From Polyangiaceae bacterium (GTDB lineage Bacteria > Myxococcota_A > Polyangia > Polyangiales > Polyangiaceae), in the NCBI GenBank assembly GCA_965222375.1, contig CBDCTZ010000015.1, positions 352,001 to 416,000 on the forward strand: a stretch of 64,000 nucleotides of DNA, given 5' to 3'. The notes beneath the pieces are model-generated. The model saw nothing but the letters and a program-made list of their open reading frames with translations. It was not told the origin of the DNA and did no database searches. Of this stretch, positions 19,279-29,246 are shown piece after piece (position 1 is the first letter of the stretch; every line of letters begins with the position of its first letter). The position numbers and the translations under genes were made by a program.

Positions 19279-19866
19279 ATGACTCACGCTTGGACGGTGG
19301 CGGGTGCCGTCGCTCTTTTGGTCAGCTGTGGAAGCTCCGAGGACTCCGAGCCCGCCGGAACGGGAGGAGCGACCAGCAGCGGTGGTGCGGCGGGCAGTAG
19401 CGGCGGCGCGGCGGGCAGTAGCGGCGGTGCGGCCGGAAGCAGCGGCGCAGTGGGCAGCAGCGGTGGCGCAGCGGGCAGCGGTGGCTCAGCAGGCAGCAGC
19501 GGCGGTGCGGCGGGCGGCAGCGGTGGCGCGGCAGGTAGTACTGGTGGCGCAGCGGGCAGCAGCGGCGCAGCGGGTAGTGGAGGCGTCACGTTCAAGAACA
19601 CGAGCGCGTGTCCGGCTCAGGCTCCGTCGGGTAGCTCCTGCACTGCAGCCTTGTGCTGCTATCAACCCGATGGCCCGGTGCATACGTGTGCCATCGGGTT
19701 GGGAGGTGCTCCGAGCGTCTGGACGACCGTTTCCAACAAGAAGTGCTGCGGGGCGACCCCTCCTACGATCGGCGCTGCCTGCGACACCCCTTCCCCGATC
19801 ACGTGTTGCTACGGCACCAGCGGGTTCCGCTGTGAAACCACATGGAAGACCGCCAGCGGCTGCTGA
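19279..19866 (+). CDS. Cys-rich lipoprotein with tandem GGAAGSS linker
   Basis: Lipobox LVSC, then two C-terminal CP..P..G..C...CCY units. Confidence 0.8.
   Translation: MTHAWTVAGAVALLVSCGSSEDSEPAGTGGATSSGGAAGSSGGAAGSSGGAAGSSGAVGSSGGAAGSGGSAGSSGGAAGGSGGAAGSTGGAAGSSGAAGSGGVTFKNTSACPAQAPSGSSCTAALCCYQPDGPVHTCAIGLGGAPSVWTTVSNKKCCGATPPTIGAACDTPSPITCCYGTSGFRCETTWKTASGC
19375..19580 (+). repeat. Imperfect 21-bp coding tandem repeat (SSGGAAG)n
   Basis: Repeated agcagcggcggtgcggcgggc-like units. Confidence 0.85.
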
Positions 19867-19892
19867 ACCGGCCCTAATAGTGACCCACATCG

Positions 19893-21482
19893 ATGTCGAA
19901 CTCTTCCCAGTGTGCGATTCACCTAGTTCCCCCGGAACTCCTGGAGGGCTTTGTCGAAGCACTCCTCAGCGATGAACTACCATCCAACAAGATCTTCTTC
20001 ACCGTCTCTTTCCTCAAAGTAGCGCTCGGGTCGCGCGTTCGTACAAGCGATGACGACCGCGAGGACCGTCTAAAAAGATCCTTTGCCCACATTGTTTCCC
20101 GCGAGGCACCATACGTGCGCGTCCCGACCGCAATCCTCACCTGCTGGGACGGCGTTGGAACCCCCGAGAGCGAGTGGAACGACTTCGAGGGCTTTGCGCG
20201 CGCCCTCGCTCCAGTGTTTGACGCCTTTCCCGAGCTCATAAGGTGGAAAGATGAACGTCTCACGGAGCAGGGGAACTTTGGCCGCTACATTCCGCCGAGC
20301 CAGGTGGCGAACGCACTGAGCGACTTCGAGCAGCATCTTCAAGGTCACCTGGAAAAGCATGAGATGGCTCGGGTGATACGCCACGCACTACGGACAGCGG
20401 TCGAGCGGGGCTGCGGGTACTGGGAAACTGCTGGACTCGCCCTCGCCGAAAACGAAGACCCAACCCTCGAGCTGTGGAAAAGTGAGGCACCGGCGCTCGA
20501 CTCGGTGCATCTGAACATGACGCTGGGGCGATTCGCGGCGGTCTTCGCGAACGCAGCCGTGATCGCCTCGGCCTCCGATGGGTGGACGGCGACGGTCGAC
20601 TTCTCGAGGCCAGGCTTTCCCGTAGAGCGTCTCTGCGACAAGCCTGTCGACGGCGTTGCCATTGGGGATCGCCAGATGCTGGTGGAAACAACCTCCCAGG
20701 GAAAACCGAGTTTGGCCACCCTCGATGTCGTGAGCGGGGAAACGCAAACACTTCCCCTCGAAGTTTCCAAGCCTACTGACATCGACACTCTGCGTTGGCT
20801 GGGAAACCGACTCCTCATCGCTCCGTTGCCGACTTTGGGCGCTAGAGGCCAAACTCCCGCCTGGCACGAGCCGGGCACCGGAAAACTGATTCCCCTGGAC
20901 CTGCCCGAGCCGCCAGGCGGCTGGCGGCGCCCTCCGATCCGTGGCGGTTCCGGTTGGACCTGGGGCATGTTCGCTGCCGCCAAGGTTGGTGACAGCATCT
21001 TGGTCATCTGGGGCGGCTGGCTATACCGAATCGATGGCGAACAAACCACGTTGCTGGAGCCCAGCGATCTCGTTCACACGGGCGGCGGTGCGACCCTGGT
21101 CCCCTCGTCGAAAGGTGCCTATTGGCTCGCCAACGATTCCCTGGTCCACCTCGGGCTGGATGGAACGAAGCTGGTCTTCTCTGACGTCCGCCACGCACAC
21201 CAGCTGGTCGCCGGCGACGCCGGGGCGCTCGTGCTCGTACTGCGCGACCATCCCCACGCCCACACGCTGCATGTCGTGTGGCCTGAGCGCAAAGAGATGA
21301 CTTCGGTCGGCGCACCCCTGCTGGGAGATTCTGTCATGCCAGCCGGTGCCGCTTACATTCCAGGCGCGAAAGCCTTGGCAATCATCTACGGCTCCCCCAA
21401 ACAGCAGACCACGGAGCTGCGTTTGCTACCCTGGAAGATGATCGACGACCTGCCGCGCACCCGCATGGCAGCAACCAACTAG
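19893..21482 (+). CDS. Hypothetical protein (helical N-domain, beta-rich C-domain)
   Basis: 529-aa ORF with coding-like composition and no recognised motif. Confidence 0.65.
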   Translation: MSNSSQCAIHLVPPELLEGFVEALLSDELPSNKIFFTVSFLKVALGSRVRTSDDDREDRLKRSFAHIVSREAPYVRVPTAILTCWDGVGTPESEWNDFEGFARALAPVFDAFPELIRWKDERLTEQGNFGRYIPPSQVANALSDFEQHLQGHLEKHEMARVIRHALRTAVERGCGYWETAGLALAENEDPTLELWKSEAPALDSVHLNMTLGRFAAVFANAAVIASASDGWTATVDFSRPGFPVERLCDKPVDGVAIGDRQMLVETTSQGKPSLATLDVVSGETQTLPLEVSKPTDIDTLRWLGNRLLIAPLPTLGARGQTPAWHEPGTGKLIPLDLPEPPGGWRRPPIRGGSGWTWGMFAAAKVGDSILVIWGGWLYRIDGEQTTLLEPSDLVHTGGGATLVPSSKGAYWLANDSLVHLGLDGTKLVFSDVRHAHQLVAGDAGALVLVLRDHPHAHTLHVVWPERKEMTSVGAPLLGDSVMPAGAAYIPGAKALAIIYGSPKQQTTELRLLPWKMIDDLPRTRMAATN

Positions 21483-21594
21483 ACGCTCGGTTGCGCAGGT
21501 TTCACTGCTATCGGTGCCTAGCCCGCATGATTCGCGAGCTGGAAGAACGCCAGGTCTCCCAAGCAGATTCGCGCCGTGCGAGATCGCGCAGGCC

Positions 21595-22629
21595 CTAGAG
21601 CTGCACGGCCAGACCAGCGAAGGCCGTTGCCCACACACCGTCCATTCCAAATTCCTTGTCTTGGGAACGACCTACGACGGGGAGCGTCACCCAACCCACC
21701 TCCCCCGTCACACCCGCTGCCAAACGCTCACCTAGGGGGAGCGTTAGAGACAGTGTCGCGGCCGGGCCGCCCCATGCGCCCGCGAGACCAAGCGATTCCG
21801 TCACCTCGCCCATGGCGTCGCCGGTCAGCCAAGCGTAACCGAACCGCCCCCCCAGCCCCCCTGCCAACTGCGGCCCACCAAAGTAAACGCCCGCTCGGGC
21901 GAATACACCAACGGAAGAAGCGTGAAGTCGAATGTCGCCGAGCGATGTCCTGGTGCTGGCAAACACGTGGCTGGCGCTGGCCATGAGCGAAAACCAAGAA
22001 ACCAGCTGATAGCTGATACCTATGCCACCGCCCAACGCGGGCCCGGTGTTGTTCACAACACCCCCGGCGCCGAACACACCCAGTTCCCAGCGCCGGGTTG
22101 CACGGCGGCGACTCCGGGCGCGAGATTGCTGGCGGTCCACGCTGTCTCGTGCCGCATCGACAACGGCCGGCGATGCTGTCTGGTCGACCAAGGGAACCGA
22201 GGGCTGCGGCGTAGCCTCGAGCTCAATCCAGCTGGCGGCCACCAGCTCTGCAATGGCTAGGGCTAGCAGCCTACCGCGCGCTGGAATGGCGACGCGCAGT
22301 AGATCGATACGTCGACGCAGTGTCTTGCCGGTAATCGGATCGTCGAGGTACAGCGAGATCCAGCCGTTGTCACATGCCGCACGCACTCGGGTCGTGTCGG
22401 CGTCGATGCTCTCCCCTTTGTCTACGAGCAGCACGCCGAGTTCCAGAGCCGCGAGGCGTCGCACGTCAGGGGCGCGCACAGCGATGCAAGGATGAATATC
22501 GACCATGACTGGGGGCGGTCCCCACTCAATCGAGGTTGCGCGTCCCGCTTTGTGGACTTGCGGCTGTGCGGCACCCGTTGCGCTGACCAACAACATCGCG
22601 AGAATGGAGCGTAGCGTGTTAAGGATCAC
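21595..22629 (-). CDS. Secreted protein with a C-terminal outer-membrane beta-barrel-like domain
   Basis: Signal peptide and alternating Gly/aromatic strands ending AGLAVQL. Third gene of the ECF operon. Confidence 0.65.
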   Translation of the reverse strand: MILNTLRSILAMLLVSATGAAQPQVHKAGRATSIEWGPPPVMVDIHPCIAVRAPDVRRLAALELGVLLVDKGESIDADTTRVRAACDNGWISLYLDDPITGKTLRRRIDLLRVAIPARGRLLALAIAELVAASWIELEATPQPSVPLVDQTASPAVVDAARDSVDRQQSRARSRRRATRRWELGVFGAGGVVNNTGPALGGGIGISYQLVSWFSLMASASHVFASTRTSLGDIRLHASSVGVFARAGVYFGGPQLAGGLGGRFGYAWLTGDAMGEVTESLGLAGAWGGPAATLSLTLPLGERLAAGVTGEVGWVTLPVVGRSQDKEFGMDGVWATAFAGLAVQL

Positions 22630-23419
22630 TGAGGCCGCCGTACCGTCGCACCAAGTTCAGTCGTCGCCCACGCGGATATTGCTTGACGTACAGAGAAGCT
22701 CGAGCCCTGGCTGTATTCGTCTCACCAGCCCGTGACCACGCTTCGACCTCGCGGGCCAGAGCATCTTCGCTGAGGGAGCCACTGGGCGCCAAGTTCCGCG
22801 TCTTAGCGAAGGCCTGGGCTGCTTCCCGGGGACGCCCCAGCTCCCCGAGCAGAACGCGCCCCATGGTGAACGCCGCCATCGCCGCGCGCGGATCGCTGCC
22901 ATGTTCGTTCACCACCCGTGACAAATAGGGAATGGCTTGCGCGGGATGACGCGACAGCCGCGCTACGTCGGCTGCTTTCAACAGCATGGCGACGTCGGTT
23001 TCGATGATCGATATCGGAGTCTTGGAGAGTGCTTGATACGCCTCATCGATCTTGCCATCGTCGGCCAGCGTCTGCCAGTCGACTGCGCTCCGCCGCGGGA
23101 TCACCACCTTGCGCCGCGGCTTGGGCGGCGATGGCTCGGAGCGCACAGTAGGCCGAGGTGTAGACTCCAGCCGCGGTTTGGGGATCACGACGGCTCGGGC
23201 GATCCCCCGCTGCAGCTGAGTCCGAGCATCTTCGAGACTGAGTAACTGGATCAAAATGACGGCCACACCCACCAACACGCCAGCACCAGCGACACGCCGG
23301 ATGGTGCGGTTCCGTCGGCGCCGCGATAGTTGACCTAGGGCGCGCTCGGTGCGCACGTCGTCCCAGTCCGAATCGATGACATCTCGAGCTCGCGCCACAC
23401 GTTCAGTGAGATCACTCAT
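22619..23419 (-). CDS. Membrane-anchored TPR protein, probable anti-sigma factor
   Basis: ATG 23419 overlaps the sigma stop. One TM helix, Pro-rich linker, C-terminal TPR (AAFTMGR, EDALAREVEA, YPRGR). Confidence 0.75.
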   Translation of the reverse strand: MSDLTERVARARDVIDSDWDDVRTERALGQLSRRRRNRTIRRVAGAGVLVGVAVILIQLLSLEDARTQLQRGIARAVVIPKPRLESTPRPTVRSEPSPPKPRRKVVIPRRSAVDWQTLADDGKIDEAYQALSKTPISIIETDVAMLLKAADVARLSRHPAQAIPYLSRVVNEHGSDPRAAMAAFTMGRVLLGELGRPREAAQAFAKTRNLAPSGSLSEDALAREVEAWSRAGETNTARARASLYVKQYPRGRRLNLVRRYGGLSDP

Positions 23420-23960
23420 CGCCGAGCACCTCCTGGATCGCAATCTGAGCCGCAGCAATGCGTCGCTTGGCGGCAGCTAGGGAACAGCCGCACAGTTCAG
23501 CGACGCGTGCCAACGGTTCTCCCTGAAGATGCCGCAACGACCACGCCATGCGCTGCTTCACCGGAAGATCGTTGAGGGTCTCGTAGATTCTCACCACCAA
23601 CACCTTGTCTTCAGAACTCGCGCCGGGGGAAACGACCGCCTCGTAGTCGACGGCGGTTTCAAAGCCGAGCAGACTCGCCCAGCGGCGCCGAGTCAGCCGG
23701 CGCTGGGCCAAACGCACCGTGACAGTCGCTAGCCAGCCCTTGATGGCTCGTGGGTTGCGCAGTTTTGAGAGTCCGCGCTGAGCCTCAAGGAAAACATCCT
23801 GGACCAGGTCGTCCACCTCGTCATGACGCCCCAGCAGGCGCACTCCGATTGCGGCAACGTATGGACAATACTTGCGAAAAGCCTCTTCGACGGACAGCTC
23901 TCGCGCCTCGGCATGTTCCGTCGCCTGGACTACGTGGAGCTTCGAGGCGGACCCGGGCAT
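23412..23960 (-). CDS. ECF RNA polymerase sigma factor
   Basis: DDLVQDVFL...GWLATVTVR (region 2) and LARVAELCGCSLAAAKRRI (region 4). Confidence 0.92.
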   Translation of the reverse strand: MPGSASKLHVVQATEHAEARELSVEEAFRKYCPYVAAIGVRLLGRHDEVDDLVQDVFLEAQRGLSKLRNPRAIKGWLATVTVRLAQRRLTRRRWASLLGFETAVDYEAVVSPGASSEDKVLVVRIYETLNDLPVKQRMAWSLRHLQGEPLARVAELCGCSLAAAKRRIAAAQIAIQEVLGDE

Positions 23961-23970
23961 CTCATCCCCT

Positions 23971-23999
23971 AGTGCTAAGGTTGAGCCAATCTGGCTCGC
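23971..23999 (-). promoter_or_regulatory. Candidate ECF promoter GCGAGCC-N18-CACT upstream of the sigma gene
   Basis: Same bipartite motif as at 24016 and 25451. Confidence 0.55.
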
Positions 24000-24015
24000 T
24001 GGACGGCGACTTTTT

Positions 24016-24043
24016 GCGAGCCGTTTGCACTGAGTATCGCACT
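24016..24043 (+). promoter_or_regulatory. Candidate ECF promoter GCGAGCC-N17-CACT
   Basis: GCGAGCCGTTT...CACT, 13 nt before GTG 24057. Confidence 0.55.
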
Positions 24044-24056
24044 TAAGAGGGCGCAA

Positions 24057-25418
24057 GTGACGCGAAAACTCCCTATCATCTTCCTGCTCGCGCTCACGGT
24101 AGCGTGTGATGGGACGCGCGGCGAGGTCCTCCGAAAGCCAACCCCGCGGGGCATCGTCGGACAAGCCGCGTTCGATCCCTGCGCGGATAGCCCGGTGCTG
24201 CGAACGCTGTACGTGGACCGCCAAGGTCTCGGCGGGGTATGTAACGACCAGCGAGCCGCGGGTGCCGTCAGCGAAACGACGCCGTGGTGCACTCTCGGAG
24301 CGGCCGCTGCTGCGGTTCAACCGGGAGATGAGGTCATCGTGCGCGCAGGTGTGTACACAGAGGTGCAGAACTGCCCGTTGTGCAACGACAACGCCGTGCT
24401 GCAAGCTGTGGTCAGCGGCGAGGCAGGCAAGTGCATCCGCTTCACGGCGCAGAGCGGCGAGTCCGTCGAGATCACCGGTGATGGTGGCGCAATGCACGGC
24501 ATTCAGCTGCTGAAGACCGCTAACGGCGGTATCACACCGCGGTTCATCGCGGTTCGCGGGTTTCGTGTCCGCGACGTTCCCGGCAATTGCCTGAACGTCA
24601 GACAAACGTCGGATCTGCTACTTGTCGGTCTCGAGTTGACCAGCTGCGCCAACGGTGCGGCGGAGCTTCACGAGACCGCCCGGGTCGTACTCGACCGCGC
24701 CAACGTTCACGACAATGCTCTTGGTGGCTGGACCAGCGCCGTCGATCTATTCCGATGTCGCGAAAACAACGTCGTCAGCAATAGCCGCATCTGGAACAAT
24801 ACCGACGAGGATCCGCGCGAATCCGAGGGCCACGGCATCACCATGGACATGTGCCATCCGGAAGGCAGCGCACTGATCGAAAACAACGTCATTCATGACA
24901 ATGAGGGCGGATGTTTGTCGATCTTCGAGAGCAACCGGGCGACGGCGCGGAACAACACCTGCTTCAAAAACGGCTTGCGTGCAGGCACTGGTGAGATGAC
25001 CTTCTTGGGAAGCGGTCACCAAATCTACAACAACATTGCCGTGCCTCGAACGGGTGCGAAGGCGTTGAACATCCGTGAACGTGCGGACTACCCCGTCGAT
25101 CTCGCATCGATCCGCGCTGGCTACAACATTCTGTGGGCAGACACGCACACCGACCTGGTGGGCTGGGGGCTCGGCAATCGCGGCGACGTCGTTCAATACC
25201 AAAAAGACAATCCCGGCTGGGGAGAAAGCACGCTGCAACAGGACCCACGGCTGGCAGCACCGGCGCAGCACGACTTCCGCTTGATCCTTGGCTCACCGGC
25301 GGTCGATTCCGCAGCGGGGGAGCTCGCCTCGCCAATCGATATCGAAGGGCGAGCGCGGCCTCGGGATGGCAACGGAGACGGCATTGCAGTCGCCGATCGC
25401 GGCGCTCACGAGCTGTAA
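24057..25418 (+). CDS. Right-handed parallel beta-helix lipoprotein (pectate lyase-like fold)
   Basis: Lipobox TVAC, PWCTL...QPGDEVIVRAGVY, Asn-ladder repeats, DFRL..GSPAVD...DRGAHE C-terminus. Confidence 0.85.
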   Translation: MTRKLPIIFLLALTVACDGTRGEVLRKPTPRGIVGQAAFDPCADSPVLRTLYVDRQGLGGVCNDQRAAGAVSETTPWCTLGAAAAAVQPGDEVIVRAGVYTEVQNCPLCNDNAVLQAVVSGEAGKCIRFTAQSGESVEITGDGGAMHGIQLLKTANGGITPRFIAVRGFRVRDVPGNCLNVRQTSDLLLVGLELTSCANGAAELHETARVVLDRANVHDNALGGWTSAVDLFRCRENNVVSNSRIWNNTDEDPRESEGHGITMDMCHPEGSALIENNVIHDNEGGCLSIFESNRATARNNTCFKNGLRAGTGEMTFLGSGHQIYNNIAVPRTGAKALNIRERADYPVDLASIRAGYNILWADTHTDLVGWGLGNRGDVVQYQKDNPGWGESTLQQDPRLAAPAQHDFRLILGSPAVDSAAGELASPIDIEGRARPRDGNGDGIAVADRGAHEL

Positions 25419-25450
25419 GGCCCGGCGAATGGAAGATTGTCATGGCTATA

Positions 25451-25479
25451 GCGAGCCGTTTTCGTCGGTGGCAACCACT
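25451..25479 (+). promoter_or_regulatory. Candidate ECF promoter GCGAGCC-N18-CACT
   Basis: GCGAGCCGTTT identical to the 24016 copy. It lies upstream of RBS AAGGAGG and ATG 25508. Confidence 0.55.
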
Positions 25480-25507
25480 GATGTGACCAAGGAGGATCCT
25501 TTTTCAA

Positions 25508-27718
25508 ATGGCCATCACCCAGAGCGCTCGCAGCCTGGCTGCAATAGGTATGCAATCCCGCCGGATGATTGGGCTTGCACTGATTCTTGTTGGCCCTGCA
25601 GCCGCCTGTGGCAGCGACGACTCTGGAGACGACAAAGGCGGCGGGGGCGGGAGCGGCAATGTCAGCGGGGGTGGAACAGGTGGCGCAGCGGCCGGCTCAG
25701 GCGGCGCCACAGCGGGCGCGGCGGGGGCGGCGACTGGCGGTTTGGGCGCCGCCGCAGGCAGCGGGGGTGTCGCCAACTATGACATCTACTACGTTGCACC
25801 GCTGTCGACCTCTTGCAACCCGGCTAGCCCGGGCTCTGGCACCGAAGCCGACCCGTGGACCAACCTCTACTATGCGCTTACTCAAGGTGGCCTGAAATGC
25901 GGAGACCATCTGCAGTTGCGCGCCGGCGTCTACTACAACGACGCGAATGGGTTCGACAACACGAAGACCGAACAGGATCGCTTCGACGCGTGCACCGCAA
26001 ACGAAGCGAACATCAACGCACACACAGTAATGCCATTGCTTCGCTCCTATGTCGGGGGCCCGGCATGTGCCGGCAACCCAGTGGTAGTCGAGAACTATCC
26101 GGGCGAAAGCGTCGAGCTCACCGGAACACCACGACAGCTCGTGGAAGCGAAGGCAAAGAACAACTGGATCCAATGCACGAACCACCCGGAGGTCTGGTAC
26201 ATGCCGCTCAATGTCGGCAGCTCGGATGTGCAACTGTGGATGGACGGCGACGCTGCGGCGAACGACGCTGGCACGATGATCTTCATGCACGACACCATTG
26301 GCGCTTGGCCGGGGGGCGGCGCATGTCCGAACTTGCCGGATGGTCGCGCCGCTAACGACTCAGGTCCCGACGAGGTTGCCATCAATCCCCCTGGCAACAT
26401 CGACCCGAACGATCATGAGTGGCGCGCCGGAATGGAGGGCGGCGGGGATGGCAGCTCCCATGTGATCCATATCGCCACCGACAACGTAACCGTCCGCCGG
26501 CACCCGGGAGGCGGAAGCTTCAGCGTCACTGCGGGCAGGTACGGTCTAGTGATGGATGACGAAGCCTGGGGCTCGACTCAAAGCGGGACTTTCTCGAGCT
26601 TCATCGTCGCCGATGGCCTGCAGATGATGGCTTGCGGCTCCGCAGACTACGGCTTTTGCTTCCGAATGTGGCAGGCCAACGACAGCGAGTTCATCAACGG
26701 CTCGGTGCACGACACCGTTGCCGAGGGCGGCGGCCCCTACTGTGGCGATACTGCGCAAAAGGGCGGCTCCAACTGCTACCGAAATGCTGTCCGTAACACC
26801 GACGTCTACGATACCGGTCTCGGCTGGGGCACCAGCGGCACGGCGGACGGTACGTCCAATCTGGGTCACGGTATCGTCTCGCGGAACTGCACCGACTGCG
26901 AGTTCACCGGAAACCGTGTTCGCCGCGTGTACCGCTCCGGGATTTCCTTGGCGGCGGTTCATCAAGGTCCATGTGCCGCGGAGCCAGGCGGGTGTTCACA
27001 TGACAACGCGCTGGTCGAAGGCAACGAGATCTGGGATTGGGGCTTCTACTGTGCCGGCGGATCTCCTCCAAACTGCACTCAAACCTGCAACTTCGGCAGC
27101 TCCGCTGCCGTGTGGATCGCCAGCAGCCAGAATCCGACGAGCCATGCTGACGGCATTGTCGTTCGCAACAACATGATTCGAGGTGGCTGTTCGGCGAATC
27201 CTGGTGTCGGCGCCCCGGGATTCTTCCCATCCGAAAAGCAGGGCAGCATCAAGAACTGGGTCCTCGCCTTCAATTCTTTCTACAACTTGCGAGGCGTGGG
27301 AGCGTACCTGCGGGAAAACAAGGCTAGTGCCTCGACTGGGACGATGATCGGAAACACCTTCCACCAGGTCGCCCTGGCCAACGGCAATCAATGCGGCGGG
27401 AGCGACTGCGCCGTGTACATGGAAGCCGCCAGCCAAGTGGGGACTCACAGCCACAACAACTATTGGTCTGCCAACTCCGACGACACAGTCGTGGCACTCG
27501 CCGGGACTGCCGCCCACACTCGCGCCAATGTTGGCAGCTGGGAGAGTACGGCTATTCAGGTCGCGCCGGGTCACACATCGACAAAGGATCTGCATCTCTC
27601 ATCCACTTCAGCTCTGATCGACAAGGTGGATTGTGCCTTGGCACCCGCGCAGGATTTCGATGGCAAGGCGCGCCCCAAGGCGGGTGTGATGTGTGACGTA
27701 GGTGCCGACGAGCGCTAA
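25508..27718 (+). CDS. Right-handed parallel beta-helix lipoprotein
   Basis: Lipobox AAAC, Gly linker, GSGTEADPW...GDHLQLRAGVY, NYPGE, C-terminal DLHL...DVGADE. Confidence 0.85.
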   Translation: MAITQSARSLAAIGMQSRRMIGLALILVGPAAACGSDDSGDDKGGGGGSGNVSGGGTGGAAAGSGGATAGAAGAATGGLGAAAGSGGVANYDIYYVAPLSTSCNPASPGSGTEADPWTNLYYALTQGGLKCGDHLQLRAGVYYNDANGFDNTKTEQDRFDACTANEANINAHTVMPLLRSYVGGPACAGNPVVVENYPGESVELTGTPRQLVEAKAKNNWIQCTNHPEVWYMPLNVGSSDVQLWMDGDAAANDAGTMIFMHDTIGAWPGGGACPNLPDGRAANDSGPDEVAINPPGNIDPNDHEWRAGMEGGGDGSSHVIHIATDNVTVRRHPGGGSFSVTAGRYGLVMDDEAWGSTQSGTFSSFIVADGLQMMACGSADYGFCFRMWQANDSEFINGSVHDTVAEGGGPYCGDTAQKGGSNCYRNAVRNTDVYDTGLGWGTSGTADGTSNLGHGIVSRNCTDCEFTGNRVRRVYRSGISLAAVHQGPCAAEPGGCSHDNALVEGNEIWDWGFYCAGGSPPNCTQTCNFGSSAAVWIASSQNPTSHADGIVVRNNMIRGGCSANPGVGAPGFFPSEKQGSIKNWVLAFNSFYNLRGVGAYLRENKASASTGTMIGNTFHQVALANGNQCGGSDCAVYMEAASQVGTHSHNNYWSANSDDTVVALAGTAAHTRANVGSWESTAIQVAPGHTSTKDLHLSSTSALIDKVDCALAPAQDFDGKARPKAGVMCDVGADER

Positions 27719-28110
27719 GTTCGAGATGACGTCGGATACCTCGAATCCGGAAAGACCACCGACAAAGAGGCAGTCGCCGAAAGCGCAGGGGACTGGCCCC
27801 TCGAACGCCGCGTCGCCCTGCGGCCGCCGCAGATGACCGCATCCTATGTCACCATCCGTCGGCCGTCGAGAGCAGTCGCCGTTCCACGATCGCTTTGGAC
27901 GATCACGCGCCACAATGCGACGCGGCCTCCCGGCGTTTGCACGATCGTCGCGTTGGGCGTCAACGCGACGCGCTGAAGTTCTTTGTGCGAACCAGAATCA
28001 CACGGTCGATCAAGACGCTAGAAGAGTACAGACACAGCTATCAATACACCGCCGGAATCGCGACCCGTGATGTTGCGTCTACGGGGTGTGCGAGTTATCC
28101 TGGTGCAGCG

Positions 28111-29238
28111 TTGCGTTGCTTGTTTTCGAATGCCTTGGTCTTGAGTGTCGGGTGCGCCATACTGGCTACGGCCTGCTCGTCCCGCAACCTGGACAAGTAC
28201 GAGGCGGGCCCGGGAAACGGCGGAAACGGCGGAAATAACGGGGGGCTGTGCGGCAAGGAAGGGTGGTGCACATTGGCCGGTACGGCGCTCGCGACGGTAT
28301 GCCCAGCGCAGTCGAAGAGCACTTGCGGCGACGTCACCAAACTCGGCAACTCAGCAGTCTTCGATGCGCCGCGACAGCGCATGGTCATTTGGGGTGGTGG
28401 ATTCGCTTCCAGCCAACACCAGACCAATGAAGTCTACGCGGTCAATTTGCAGCCACCGACCTCCGAGCGCCTGACGGATCCAATCCCTTCGCAGTGCTCG
28501 CCCATCGATGCGCAACCAGCGCCGGTGGTTCGGCAGACATTCGATGGAATCGCTCTCGACGGAAGCGGATCACGGATGCTGGTCTACGGCGGGGAGTCCG
28601 CGTGCGCCCCCTTCGTCGACGATCTCTGGGCGCTAGACCTGACTAGCCACGAGTGGAAACCTCGAATCACGCCTGGAGCGCGGCCGCCGCCCGAAGCGGG
28701 AATCATGATGGACCGTGACGAGGACGGTAACGCAACGATAATTCGCGACCAGGACCAACTCTGGCGCTACCGCTACGACGCCAACACCTTCGAGAAGCTG
28801 GGTGCCAGCGTTCGAACGGGCTCCGGATTGACGGGGCGAGTGGATCCCGACCGGCGCCAGTTCGTGATGGTCGGCTGCGAGGCCATCGAGAATTGCAAGG
28901 GATACATTGGTGTCCAATCCCTGGAGCCCCCCCACGAAGTAGTGGGCTTGACCGCAGCTACTAGCGGTTGCGAGTCAGTGTTTGTACGCTCTCCGGGGGT
29001 GGCCTACGATACCGAAACCAAGACTTTCGTGATCTGGCCCAATCGAGGCAGCACGGTGTACCTCTTGGATCCAGATCTCAACACGCCGAGCTGCCAGGAG
29101 CGCACCTTTGCCAGCGGACCGCCCGCCGCCGTCGATGCCAAGTGGGCGGCGGGCCGCTTTCGCGCTATCGGAAACGGCGAATTCCTCCTCGTCTACGGAG
29201 CGGAGTTCGATGCGCAGGTTCTGCAGCTGCGCCCGTAA
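28111..29238 (+). CDS. Kelch/beta-propeller lipoprotein (start uncertain)
   Basis: Lipobox ATAC, MVIWGGG, MLVYGG, DDLWALDL. Confidence 0.7.
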   Translation: MRCLFSNALVLSVGCAILATACSSRNLDKYEAGPGNGGNGGNNGGLCGKEGWCTLAGTALATVCPAQSKSTCGDVTKLGNSAVFDAPRQRMVIWGGGFASSQHQTNEVYAVNLQPPTSERLTDPIPSQCSPIDAQPAPVVRQTFDGIALDGSGSRMLVYGGESACAPFVDDLWALDLTSHEWKPRITPGARPPPEAGIMMDRDEDGNATIIRDQDQLWRYRYDANTFEKLGASVRTGSGLTGRVDPDRRQFVMVGCEAIENCKGYIGVQSLEPPHEVVGLTAATSGCESVFVRSPGVAYDTETKTFVIWPNRGSTVYLLDPDLNTPSCQERTFASGPPAAVDAKWAAGRFRAIGNGEFLLVYGAEFDAQVLQLRP

Positions 29239-29246
29239 CCCGGTGC

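Noticed and set aside
19375..19580. Tandem repeats here and at 31672-31780 as possible CRISPR arrays
   Set aside because: They are in-frame Gly/Ser/Ala linkers with no unique spacers and no cas genes.
23961..24605. Long N-terminal extension on the ECF sigma factor (397-aa ORF)
   Set aside because: It overlaps the divergent beta-helix gene. A candidate promoter and ATG 23960 give a normal 182-aa ECF.
27720..27900. GDCLFVGGLSGFEVSDV on the minus strand as an LVIVD or MBL fragment
   Set aside because: Too short and ambiguous to support.
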